From sequence record MT811961.1: a stretch of 64,000 bases of DNA. One strand, written 5' to 3'. The position numbers and the translations under genes were made by a program. The notes beneath the pieces were generated by a model that was given only the letters and a program-made list of their open reading frames with translations, did not search any database and was not told where the DNA came from. This document shows positions 18,054-26,657 of the stretch, one piece after another. Position 1 is the stretch's first letter. Every line of letters begins with the position of its first letter.

Positions 18054-18428
18054 ATGGAATCCAAATTCGAATACGAGCACGGATGGATTGACTACGAGTA
18101 TATCGAATCAGACAAAACGATTGAACTCGATTTAATCATAGTTGATCGTGAACATCGACAAGAGGGCGCTGGTACAGCTCTTATGGCTGCGTTCTTCTCT
18201 TATCTCGAACATACCTATGACTTCTTTGCTGTTCGTCTTACGGTGTGTTCTGAGACGGTTTCTAATCACGAGCCTGGTCCTAGTGATCATGACTTAACAC
18301 AATGGTACGCATCATTCGGTTTTACAGTTTACGATTATGTAATCTGCAACGATCGAGAATGTGCACGCATGGTTATCCTACCTTCTGAAATGAGAGGTTA
18401 TTTGCATGGCTACAAATCTAGAGATTAA
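18054..18428 (+). CDS. GNAT-family N-acetyltransferase
   Basis: LDLIIVDREHRQEGAGTALM (acetyl-CoA-binding motif A) and LTQWYASFGF; start moved to ATG 18054 after GGAGA. Confidence 0.8.
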   Translation: MESKFEYEHGWIDYEYIESDKTIELDLIIVDREHRQEGAGTALMAAFFSYLEHTYDFFAVRLTVCSETVSNHEPGPSDHDLTQWYASFGFTVYDYVICNDRECARMVILPSEMRGYLHGYKSRD

Positions 18429-19068
18429 AACTGGCTTGATGGAGTCACATACTGACTTCCCTATCCGCATCTGTCCGATCGATGCATTGCCGGGTTACAA
18501 GCAAGTTATTCTTACTCGTCGGACAGACTTTGAAATCCAACGTGTTAAATCGTTGCTTTGTCAATGGGTTGATTTCTGTCGAGCAGAAGAAGAGTTCAAG
18601 CCTCGCATGATGGTTGCTGCACACAATCCATCAGATGATAATGATGATGACTTTTGCTTTAAGCCTTATGTTCGTACTGAAGGTGCATTGCGCGAGTATG
18701 TTGTTGTCATGGATGGCGGTGAAGAACAAACACTAGGATTCAAATGGGATCGTTGCGTTATTGCTTTAGAGAATAAATACCTAGAGCACTTCTGGCAGTT
18801 CTCTCGTTTGTTCTGGCAACTACAGCGTATCGCACATCATAGTCCGATGTTGGGTACTCGTACTACCTTGGTAAAAGACCTCGATACTATCAAGGCGTAC
18901 TGTGAAGATACATTGAACATGCAGACTACTGCACGTACTTTTACCGCTAATTATCAAAACGGTAAAACCGTAGACTGTGCAATTCCTGTTGACTACGACG
19001 GATCTGTACAGATGCTTACTTTTAAAGCTGGGTTAGACCAATGGCTAAAATCAACTGGAGAAATTTAA
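18406..19068 (+). CDS. Hypothetical protein
   Basis: 220-aa ORF; GAGG upstream. Confidence 0.7.
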   Translation: MATNLEIKTGLMESHTDFPIRICPIDALPGYKQVILTRRTDFEIQRVKSLLCQWVDFCRAEEEFKPRMMVAAHNPSDDNDDDFCFKPYVRTEGALREYVVVMDGGEEQTLGFKWDRCVIALENKYLEHFWQFSRLFWQLQRIAHHSPMLGTRTTLVKDLDTIKAYCEDTLNMQTTARTFTANYQNGKTVDCAIPVDYDGSVQMLTFKAGLDQWLKSTGEI

Positions 19069-19069
19069 A

Positions 19070-19561
19070 ATGGCAAACGATATTGTTAATCTAAAACAAC
19101 CAATCTTGAAACACCAGTTCGAATTGGAGATCACTCTCCATACACTCTTGCTTGCTGATCTGCACGAGTCGGACTTTGTACACATGGCTACTATCCCTGC
19201 TGGGTTCTTTTCTCCGGACGCGCATCCGATTAAAGAACTAACTCGAATCCTGGGTAACCAGAGTATTCCAATTAAAGACATGGCGAGTATCCTTAGTGAT
19301 GTCGAGACGGCATACGGTTGGCGTGCTGCCGTTGATCAAGCTGGTAATACGTTGCTCTCTTTTGCCTTTACAAAAGAAGCTCGTGATAAGATGCGTCGCC
19401 ACATGGGAGCCCGTCCACTGTCGTTTGTACTCAATGCACAATTAGAGTCACGTCATCGCTTGTTAGCACTTGAGGGAGATAAAGAAGCATTAGTAGAACA
19501 TGTTGGATATGTTGCTTCTGATCTAATCAAGAAACCTGTACTGTCATGGGTGGCGAAATAA
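19070..19561 (+). CDS. Hypothetical protein
   Basis: 163-aa ORF; GGAGA upstream. Confidence 0.75.
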   Translation: MANDIVNLKQPILKHQFELEITLHTLLLADLHESDFVHMATIPAGFFSPDAHPIKELTRILGNQSIPIKDMASILSDVETAYGWRAAVDQAGNTLLSFAFTKEARDKMRRHMGARPLSFVLNAQLESRHRLLALEGDKEALVEHVGYVASDLIKKPVLSWVAK

Positions 19562-19860
19562 TGGGAACACGGATACTATTGTATCTGATGATGTTGATCA
19601 CGATGTCTCGTATTTTACACGAGACGTCTGTTCCTCCTTTAAAATATCGTTCGGTGTTTGTGCGCTTACCTAAGCTACCGGACCATATTGACATGCGACT
19701 CCACGACATGGAGCTTGATGTTTTGAAGTGGGAACTTGCTGACTCAGAGCATTCTCGAAAATGGGGTGTCTTGTTACGAGACATGAATCATACTGTTAAG
19801 AAAATTAAATTGTGCTTTGAACTACCGCAAGTAGATGAAGCAGGGAGATATCTATCATGA
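19561..19860 (+). CDS. Hypothetical protein
   Basis: TAATG coupling at 19559-19563. Confidence 0.6.
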   Translation: MGTRILLYLMMLITMSRILHETSVPPLKYRSVFVRLPKLPDHIDMRLHDMELDVLKWELADSEHSRKWGVLLRDMNHTVKKIKLCFELPQVDEAGRYLS

Positions 19861-20309
19861 TACCAGTTGGCAGTGTATTGGGTTCGGAGCTTTCAAACAT
19901 CCACCCACCAAAGTACTCGGTACGAAATCATCGTGCAAGTATTCTTTACAAGTGTCCACACTGTAATGGTTTCCATCTACTAGAGCGCACTGGTCAAATC
20001 CTGACGGATGACATGGGCATTAGTGGTATCTATTGGGAAGCCATGATCGGTCGTTGGTTTACTTGTGGTGATTGTAACAAGGGCATCTATCTAGAAGACG
20101 CTGTTCGTCGCAATCGTCGTAAACTGGACGATGTGGAAAAGACAGCATTGATGCGTGCTGTGATTGCTCAAGATTCTCGTGCGAAAATCTATGATGTACT
20201 CAAGCGCAATAATGCCGCAATGAATCCGGCTTCCGAGTTGCTTGTCGAACTCTATGCACAATGGCTGCCAGACGATCCTATCGCAACGAATTGTCACGGC
20301 GAACTTTAA
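19857..20309 (+). CDS. Zinc-ribbon protein
   Basis: CPHC...CGDC pairs; ATGA coupling. Confidence 0.65.
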   Translation: MIPVGSVLGSELSNIHPPKYSVRNHRASILYKCPHCNGFHLLERTGQILTDDMGISGIYWEAMIGRWFTCGDCNKGIYLEDAVRRNRRKLDDVEKTALMRAVIAQDSRAKIYDVLKRNNAAMNPASELLVELYAQWLPDDPIATNCHGEL

Positions 20310-20324
20310 AAGAGAGACTATCTT

Positions 20325-20852
20325 ATGTTAATCAAAGATTTAGAACCAGATACGGTGTATGCGTTACTTCATCAGCGCAGTGGTCGTTTACATCAAGCGA
20401 CATTGACCATCGCAGGTAAGAAATACGCAGTACCTGTTTTCAGCCCAGGCTCTATCGAGGTGCACATCCATGTAGAGATGGCCAACGGCACAGCTAAAGT
20501 CTTCATGTATCGTGACCGCGAACGCGATGTATTTGACTTTGTTGTTGGTACACCAGAACCAGCTCCGGTTAAACAACGTACAATGGAACAACGAGTTCGT
20601 GATATCCGCAAAGCTCTTGATGGTGAGTATGCTGATAACGAAGAGTTTCGTTCTCATGTACTTAATCCAGAGACAGAACATGTTGATGGTATCTGGTTAC
20701 GCAATGCTGCTGAGTTATGGGTGGACTATGAAGAAAACCCAATGTGGTCTATGGGCGGTGTAAACTGCGACCCTAACCATCCTGACAACCTGGCTCGCTA
20801 TGTCGGTGACACGTGGCTATTCGGTAAACGTGAAGAGGAGAAAAAGTTATGA
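20325..20852 (+). CDS. Hypothetical protein
   Basis: 175-aa ORF in a packed run. Confidence 0.75.
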   Translation: MLIKDLEPDTVYALLHQRSGRLHQATLTIAGKKYAVPVFSPGSIEVHIHVEMANGTAKVFMYRDRERDVFDFVVGTPEPAPVKQRTMEQRVRDIRKALDGEYADNEEFRSHVLNPETEHVDGIWLRNAAELWVDYEENPMWSMGGVNCDPNHPDNLARYVGDTWLFGKREEEKKL

Positions 20853-21121
20853 TGTTCCATGACTTCCTAGAACAGTACAAACCCATTCCTACAACAACGC
20901 CTACTTTCTTCGAGTATGACGGAAAGACGTACGGTTGGGTAACAACGATCATGGGTCAAGCTCCTCAGCTGGGTTATACCCATACCTGGACAATTGTCGA
21001 CACCGAGGAAGACTTGGTTGTTGTACCTGGTATCCACCGTGTTAACGTCATGGGTTATGTATTTACCGAACAACCATGGACTAACGAAGACATTCAAAAC
21101 GATCTGGAGATCTACCTATGA
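20849..21121 (+). CDS. Hypothetical protein
   Basis: 90-aa ORF; ATGA coupling; GGAG upstream. Confidence 0.7.
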   Translation: MMFHDFLEQYKPIPTTTPTFFEYDGKTYGWVTTIMGQAPQLGYTHTWTIVDTEEDLVVVPGIHRVNVMGYVFTEQPWTNEDIQNDLEIYL

Positions 21122-21774
21122 AACACATTCACCAACTGCCATCTGCAAAACTAGAAGCAATGTATGGCAAACAAATCACAATCCATGGTAAGTTTGTTCA
21201 GGTTGGCGAAGAAACCCTATGGATGGGTAACGACTTTAATGTAGCTGCCCCTGCTGGGCGACATCGCGCCATTGTTGTGTTTGATGGTGACACTGGAGTT
21301 CTTCGTTTGTTTGCGGTAAGTGACGATAACTGGCAGAAGGTTACCACAATGCTCACCGAAGAATGGTTGGCAGCGAATGCCGCATTGATTTGCAGTTGGC
21401 ACAAGGACGATATTAGTCCAAACGATCCGTTGGATCTGCCGGAGGTTGTAAGCTTTACTCTTACTCCGTCTCGATGGGGCGCTACAGTGCAGAGTCACTA
21501 TGGTGCGCCAGAGATCAACTGTAAAGAACACGGACGTGTTTACCTGAGCACCAAGGGCAAGTACGATTTGAGTATCAGTGACAAGGATGGTAACCCTGTT
21601 CTTTCTATGGAGGACGTCAAGATCAAAAGCACATCAGAGAGTGGTGGTGGTCATGGCGAAGGTCATTGGAAATCTGGTTTCGGTTTCGACTTGGGCTACG
21701 GTGTTCTTATCCCAGATGCCAAAGAATCCAATATCACTGTCTATGCAGACGCAAAAGACGTAAGTTTCGGTTAA
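21118..21774 (+). CDS. Hypothetical protein
   Basis: 218-aa ORF with ATGA coupling. Confidence 0.75.
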   Translation: MKHIHQLPSAKLEAMYGKQITIHGKFVQVGEETLWMGNDFNVAAPAGRHRAIVVFDGDTGVLRLFAVSDDNWQKVTTMLTEEWLAANAALICSWHKDDISPNDPLDLPEVVSFTLTPSRWGATVQSHYGAPEINCKEHGRVYLSTKGKYDLSISDKDGNPVLSMEDVKIKSTSESGGGHGEGHWKSGFGFDLGYGVLIPDAKESNITVYADAKDVSFG

Positions 21775-21784
21775 GGAGAGTATC

Positions 21785-22372
21785 ATGGAAATCAAAGGTG
21801 TAAATCTTAAAAACAAACGCAAGCTAGAAGTAAAAGACATCATTGCAAATCCACCGTCTTTTATTAAACAGCGCTACCTGCCATTGATTGTGGAAGCTGG
21901 TCGTCCTATCGAAGTTAACGAATTGTTCGAAGAGATCATGGGACTTGTTGTCGCAATGGAAAAGGTAAAACGTGACGATCGTTTAAATGCACAGCGTTAC
22001 TATGGTCGTCGTATTCGTGCTTTACAGGATATGGCTGGTCTTATTGGTAAAACACGTACTTACTTGCACCACATGTACAAAATCGCGACTGGTGCAATCG
22101 AGCACAAGCTAGACCCTGCACATGAAGCAGAGTTCCGTGAATGTTCTCATGACTGGGAAATGTTAAGCTGGGCTTTGCATGAGTTACCAGCAGGCAGCAT
22201 GTCTGGCTACGACTTCAACCCGGACTATGCTTTTGCAAAAACCATGGGCGGTAAACCCGTAGATCTTTTTGTTTCTCGCATGACAGGGGAAGCATTTACT
22301 ATAGGTGGCTACAATGCTCAACTAACCGTCGTACGTTCTAATTCTAACACGAGAGCCCAAGCATGTTTGTAG
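21785..22372 (+). CDS. Hypothetical protein
   Basis: 195-aa ORF; AAGGAG SD. Confidence 0.75.
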   Translation: MEIKGVNLKNKRKLEVKDIIANPPSFIKQRYLPLIVEAGRPIEVNELFEEIMGLVVAMEKVKRDDRLNAQRYYGRRIRALQDMAGLIGKTRTYLHHMYKIATGAIEHKLDPAHEAEFRECSHDWEMLSWALHELPAGSMSGYDFNPDYAFAKTMGGKPVDLFVSRMTGEAFTIGGYNAQLTVVRSNSNTRAQACL

Positions 22373-22581
22373 TATACGAAAACGCAACAACGAATCAAGA
22401 TCCGCTTTTACGTGGATTCAACTTCAAAACTCCGGTAACGGTTCGTCACGCGGGCAAAGAGCAACATATCCCATATGACTCTGAAATGCCTAATGTGACT
22501 GTGGAGTTCAAAGTTAAACGCCGTGGTCGTGTTTATGCAGATCGTCATCCTGAGTCTATCTGTGCAACGGCTAATGCATAA
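22363..22581 (+). CDS. Hypothetical protein
   Basis: 72-aa ORF followed by a terminator. Confidence 0.6.
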   Translation: MFVVYENATTNQDPLLRGFNFKTPVTVRHAGKEQHIPYDSEMPNVTVEFKVKRRGRVYADRHPESICATANA

Positions 22582-22588
22582 TCTATTT

Positions 22589-22617
22589 GGGTGTGGGTAA
22601 AACCACATCCTTTTCTT
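22589..22617 (+). terminator. Rho-independent terminator
   Basis: GGGTGTGG-GTAAAA-CCACATCC then TTTTCTT. Confidence 0.7.
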
Positions 22618-22640
22618 ATCTTATTTTTAAGGAAACCATC

Positions 22641-22922
22641 ATGGTTGAAACAATCTTGGGAATCATGCGTACTGTACGTAGTGATGTACCAGCTTACGTG
22701 GTCGCTGACTTTTTAGAAGGCTACATGAAACTATGTCAAGATGCGGTAAAAGCGAGCAAGCACAGCCAGAACATAGCTGCCAATATTGCTGTCATTGCTT
22801 ATGAAGACGAAGGCATGAGCAACTACCTCAATGGCCTGAGAGAAGAAGCCCGGGCAAAAGAAAAGCTCGCTGTAGATGCTTTGGCAGATTTCTACAAAGA
22901 ATACGCAGATCTGGAGGATTAA
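22641..22922 (+). CDS. Hypothetical protein (helical)
   Basis: Start moved to ATG 22641 after AAGGA; the ORF-track extension runs through the terminator. Confidence 0.7.
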   Translation: MVETILGIMRTVRSDVPAYVVADFLEGYMKLCQDAVKASKHSQNIAANIAVIAYEDEGMSNYLNGLREEARAKEKLAVDALADFYKEYADLED

Positions 22923-22925
22923 GCG

Positions 22926-23990
22926 ATGGGTACGATTATTATCCTTGTTACCTTGTTACTTGTCGGGTACATGATTGTAACGATGGGCAATAAACACGAA
23001 GAAACAACTGAACGCTTTTATGTTACGTCTCCTCGTTGGCAGATAAAGCTGTGGTACACCGTAGAATCCTTTACTGCCGAACTAGAGCATTTGGCTTGGG
23101 CTGCGGAAAAGAGTAAACATTCTTATGTAGACCAAACGTTAGAAGGTATCAATGATGCACTCTGGTATCGTAAATGGTATCTGTTTGGCAGTGCTCCTCG
23201 TAATGCCAAGTACGATCAAGACTTTATGATGTCAATGCATTATGATGACTCGTGTGACCTAGAGCGCGAGTTTAATTGGAACTGGGTGGCAAGCCCAGGC
23301 ATTGATGTCCGTAAAATGTTTTCAGAGTGTGCCGATTTTGATGGAGATATGAGTAGCTGGACAGTGCCATTGGGTTCAGTATCGCAAGAAGAAATCGTCA
23401 AAGCATTGTCAAAGCCTAGGCTAGAGATTCGGATGACTTTACCTGATGCATCTGAATCAACCACTGGCACGGTCATTATCTTAAAGCGCGCTGGCATGGA
23501 ACAACAATGGATACTCGGTGAACACGATGGCGAGAAGCATTGGAAACGCGTACGTACTCACAAAGAAATGTTGCGTGCAGTTACCTCTACCTTTAATCAA
23601 AAGTACGAATCCGAGATCGTTGTCTTAGATGCTCCAGGAGACCCATGTCACGGTTTTGTGCATTATGTGAACAAAGACCTAGAGTTACGTCTATTGCGTA
23701 ATATGGACAAGCCTGGGCCGTTTAATGGGGTAACTGAAGAAGAATACTATCGTGCAGCCGACCAACAAGCGATGGTACTCGGCCAATCTATCTGGACTGA
23801 CCCAACCGCCTTGCCGTATTTTACAGACGGCAATTTATTCTACGTTGACTTAAAACCACTACCTGGCGGCTTCTTCACGAACTGTCGTTCTATGGTAAAA
23901 GATGTGGATGTGGAAGCCGTCTTCCAAATCTCAAAGAAACGTGACAACTCAAACCCACAAAGCAAAGAGGCTAAAAATGTTTTTTCCTAA
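22926..23990 (+). CDS. Membrane-anchored protein with a degenerate DUF285-like repeat
   Basis: N-terminal IIILVTLLLVGYMIV; FNWNW...VRKMFSECADFDGDMSSW. Confidence 0.65.
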   Translation: MGTIIILVTLLLVGYMIVTMGNKHEETTERFYVTSPRWQIKLWYTVESFTAELEHLAWAAEKSKHSYVDQTLEGINDALWYRKWYLFGSAPRNAKYDQDFMMSMHYDDSCDLEREFNWNWVASPGIDVRKMFSECADFDGDMSSWTVPLGSVSQEEIVKALSKPRLEIRMTLPDASESTTGTVIILKRAGMEQQWILGEHDGEKHWKRVRTHKEMLRAVTSTFNQKYESEIVVLDAPGDPCHGFVHYVNKDLELRLLRNMDKPGPFNGVTEEEYYRAADQQAMVLGQSIWTDPTALPYFTDGNLFYVDLKPLPGGFFTNCRSMVKDVDVEAVFQISKKRDNSNPQSKEAKNVFS

Positions 23991-24435
23991 ACGTTCTGAC
24001 CTAACAAAAGAACATCGCCTAGTACACAATCTGCACACATGTACGATTCAGTTAGCTCCGTGTACATCCGGTTGCATCTGGTCAACAAAACAAATCTTTG
24101 GTACTCAAGCGAAAGAACCAAAGTTGTATGCGTCTGACCGCATTTACATCGAACATGTCGATGAGATGCACGAGGTTATCATTAGTCACGACCAAACCAT
24201 TCCACTAGAGAAAGGCGGGTACATTGAAAGACATGTTGACCTACCTAGCTTTATTGTAGAGGTCATTGCCAAAGAATACTTTGACGCCGGCATGGAAGTA
24301 CGATTAGATTTCCTACTAACCAACCACGGTGGCAGTTACTCTGTTGAATGGAAACTTGTTGTTATCGATCTGTTGGAAAACGAACATCCATTTCTCGGTG
24401 AAAACAAACTTTGGATGTGCTTAGGTACGTTTTAA
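23977..24435 (+). CDS. Hypothetical protein
   Basis: Start moved to ATG 23977 (GAGG upstream). Confidence 0.7.
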   Translation: MFFPKRSDLTKEHRLVHNLHTCTIQLAPCTSGCIWSTKQIFGTQAKEPKLYASDRIYIEHVDEMHEVIISHDQTIPLEKGGYIERHVDLPSFIVEVIAKEYFDAGMEVRLDFLLTNHGGSYSVEWKLVVIDLLENEHPFLGENKLWMCLGTF

Positions 24436-24448
24436 GAAATCTTTATCT

Positions 24449-24464
24449 CTATATAACCATACTG
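24449..24464 (+). promoter_or_regulatory. phiKZ-type early promoter motif (TATATAAC variant)
   Basis: CTATATAACCATACTG, intergenic. Confidence 0.65.
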
Positions 24465-24525
24465 ATTGAGGACGTTAAATCGTCCTCCTTATTATTTTTA
24501 TCTAAATCTTAATCGGAGTATTCTC

Positions 24526-25458
24526 ATGACTGTTAAAACATTTTCAAAAGAAGTAAACGAATTCCTAGCTGCAACTAAAGTAGAAACAGGCCTACTGGAT
24601 CTTCTATTTGGTACACGTAGATTCGACAGCTTTATGTCTTCTAGCCTACTAACTACACTTGACGTTTACGGTGTGTTTAAAGAAATGTCTCTGCTTGACT
24701 TCTTCAACATTAAGCGCGAGTGTGGCGACGAAGTTGTTCGCATGGGCGACACTATCACTGACGTTACAATCACGGATTCAGAGAACTACTCGTTCATCAG
24801 TGGTAACATGACCGTTACGGTTAACCCAGAATGGATCATTGTCGATACTATGCACGGCATGCACAAAGGTCTACTTTACAAACAGTACATCAACAAAGAA
24901 ACTGGTGAAGTAGTTAAACAAGAAACTCCGATGTCTTCTGGTATTGCGGTAACTAAATGGGAGTACATCCAGACTAGCTTACCTGGCTTCCCATTGACTA
25001 GTGCTGTAGAACAGACACGCGTCGATGGTGACGAAACAGAACGTAACATTATTGCTTCTCTAGTCGAGACTCGTGACGGCTATGAAGTTTACCGCGATGG
25101 AAACAAGAACATCAGCATCAAAGAAGAAGAGTACGGCTTTGTAGTAGTCGATGGTGATTCTACTAGCACTTACCGTAAAGATGGTCAGATTCTAACCGAC
25201 GTCGGTCTACAGAAATGGGCTGCTGCTCCTAGTCATCACGACTTGCCTGTTGTTACTCTTGTTAACTCCGAGTACACAGACGACAACCTAATCGATAACT
25301 TCACAATCTCTGAAGTATCTCGCACAACCGGTAAGTACGCTGACAAACGTCACACGTCTTACACTTATGAGCGTTCTGGTGATACAATCGCTAGTGTTGT
25401 TTTACGTGCTACCGAAGACGGTGAAACCAAAGTAACTCAATACACTTTCCCAGTGTAA
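24526..25458 (+). CDS. Hypothetical beta-rich protein (YD/RHS-like hairpins)
   Basis: Start moved to ATG 24526 after GGAGT; ends HTSYTYERSGDTIASVV...TQYTF. Confidence 0.75.
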   Translation: MTVKTFSKEVNEFLAATKVETGLLDLLFGTRRFDSFMSSSLLTTLDVYGVFKEMSLLDFFNIKRECGDEVVRMGDTITDVTITDSENYSFISGNMTVTVNPEWIIVDTMHGMHKGLLYKQYINKETGEVVKQETPMSSGIAVTKWEYIQTSLPGFPLTSAVEQTRVDGDETERNIIASLVETRDGYEVYRDGNKNISIKEEEYGFVVVDGDSTSTYRKDGQILTDVGLQKWAAAPSHHDLPVVTLVNSEYTDDNLIDNFTISEVSRTTGKYADKRHTSYTYERSGDTIASVVLRATEDGETKVTQYTFPV

Positions 25459-25470
25459 AGATAATAGAAC

Positions 25471-25517
25471 CCTACCTGCCTTCGGGCAGGTAGGTATTCT
25501 TTCTTATTTTTTTTTTT
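25471..25517. terminator. Terminator between convergent genes (probably bidirectional)
   Basis: CCTACCTGCC-TTCG-GGCAGGTAGG with a long T tract on +; the minus-strand operon ends at 25518. Confidence 0.85.
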
Positions 25518-26162
25518 CTAAAATTCTTCGTGTAACACCGTACCATCATGAATGGCATAGTCGGCATAAAACTGCTCAAAGAACCGGTCATTGATATCCT
25601 TGACAATTTCAATTTCGCCAGTGTCTATCTTGTATGATTCCTCAGGCTTGAATGGTTTCTCAGCAAACTCCAGTGTGTCACCATAGAAGAATGTACCTTC
25701 ACCTAACTGTCGGTCACCACCGGAAAGATCAAAGTGTAGATAGTACGTTAGTGTACTTAAAGTATGCCCACCGATGATTTCTGTCCAGTCGTTTCGATTC
25801 CAGTTACCCGAACCAGCACGGTTACGGAAATAGGCACGTCCAGAAAAGTAAACGACGTCCTCATTCGCATATTCAGTTGTATTGTCGAATTGCGGAATCA
25901 GCGCAGTATAAACTTTAACTGGAGATGTACCCAAACCTTCACCGTCACGATATGTGGCCGTATCGCCATTAAGCACAAGTACCCCGTGATCTTCGTTATC
26001 CTCGATAGAGTCGACAAGAAACTCAATACCTTCGCGGTAGTTGTAAACGGCGTTTTCCACATAGCGATGATACATAAAGGAGTTCGTAATGTATAGGTTA
26101 GTCGGGGTGAAAACCACCCCGTTGTAACCCACAACACGAACAATGAATAACTCGTGATGCAT
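25518..26162 (-). CDS. Putative virion appendage accessory protein with a CBM5/12-like segment
   Basis: FDNTTEYANEDVVYFSGRAYF...WNRNDW; TAAGGAG SD; last gene of the minus-strand island. Confidence 0.6.
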   Translation of the reverse strand: MHHELFIVRVVGYNGVVFTPTNLYITNSFMYHRYVENAVYNYREGIEFLVDSIEDNEDHGVLVLNGDTATYRDGEGLGTSPVKVYTALIPQFDNTTEYANEDVVYFSGRAYFRNRAGSGNWNRNDWTEIIGGHTLSTLTYYLHFDLSGGDRQLGEGTFFYGDTLEFAEKPFKPEESYKIDTGEIEIVKDINDRFFEQFYADYAIHDGTVLHEEF

Positions 26163-26171
26163 TTCTACTCC

Positions 26172-26657
26172 TTAAAGTGTATAGCTGTATTCTTGAACAA
26201 AGTCAGCTTCAACAAACAAAGAACCTTGCTCGATGTCGTTTACTGTGCGCAGAACACGCATGTTGCTACCTTCGATCTTGGCTAGGTAAACACCCTTTGG
26301 ATATTGGAAACCGGGTGTATGTAAACCAGCAAAAGGCTTACCATCAATATCCGGAACATAGAACACAAGCCAGGCATTCATATTAGCAAAACCATATCCT
26401 GGATTTACAGGAATGTCCTGAATTGCACGAAAGTACCCTTTGGGTGTTCGGATTTCGTCACCAAACGAATAACTGATATTATTGTTAAACGCCGTATAAG
26501 TATTGACGTCCGGATTGATTGGTGGTTCAGAGTTACGATCAATCAATGCACCTGTTAAATCGATGATGGTGTTGACCACCAGTGCCAAGTCTTTACCTGT
26601 ACTGTTTAACGGGTTTTCTGGAGCATCGGTCGATACGATGTATTGGATATCACTCAT
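26172..26657 (-). CDS. Short paralog of 36682..37677 (putative virion appendage protein)
   Basis: IQYIV...PENPLNSTGKDLA..VNTIIDLTGALID versus IRYLV...PDDPDNSTGRMIADSVNGLIDLVGALED; shared YxxGxEIRT. Confidence 0.75.
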   Translation of the reverse strand: MSDIQYIVSTDAPENPLNSTGKDLALVVNTIIDLTGALIDRNSEPPINPDVNTYTAFNNNISYSFGDEIRTPKGYFRAIQDIPVNPGYGFANMNAWLVFYVPDIDGKPFAGLHTPGFQYPKGVYLAKIEGSNMRVLRTVNDIEQGSLFVEADFVQEYSYTL

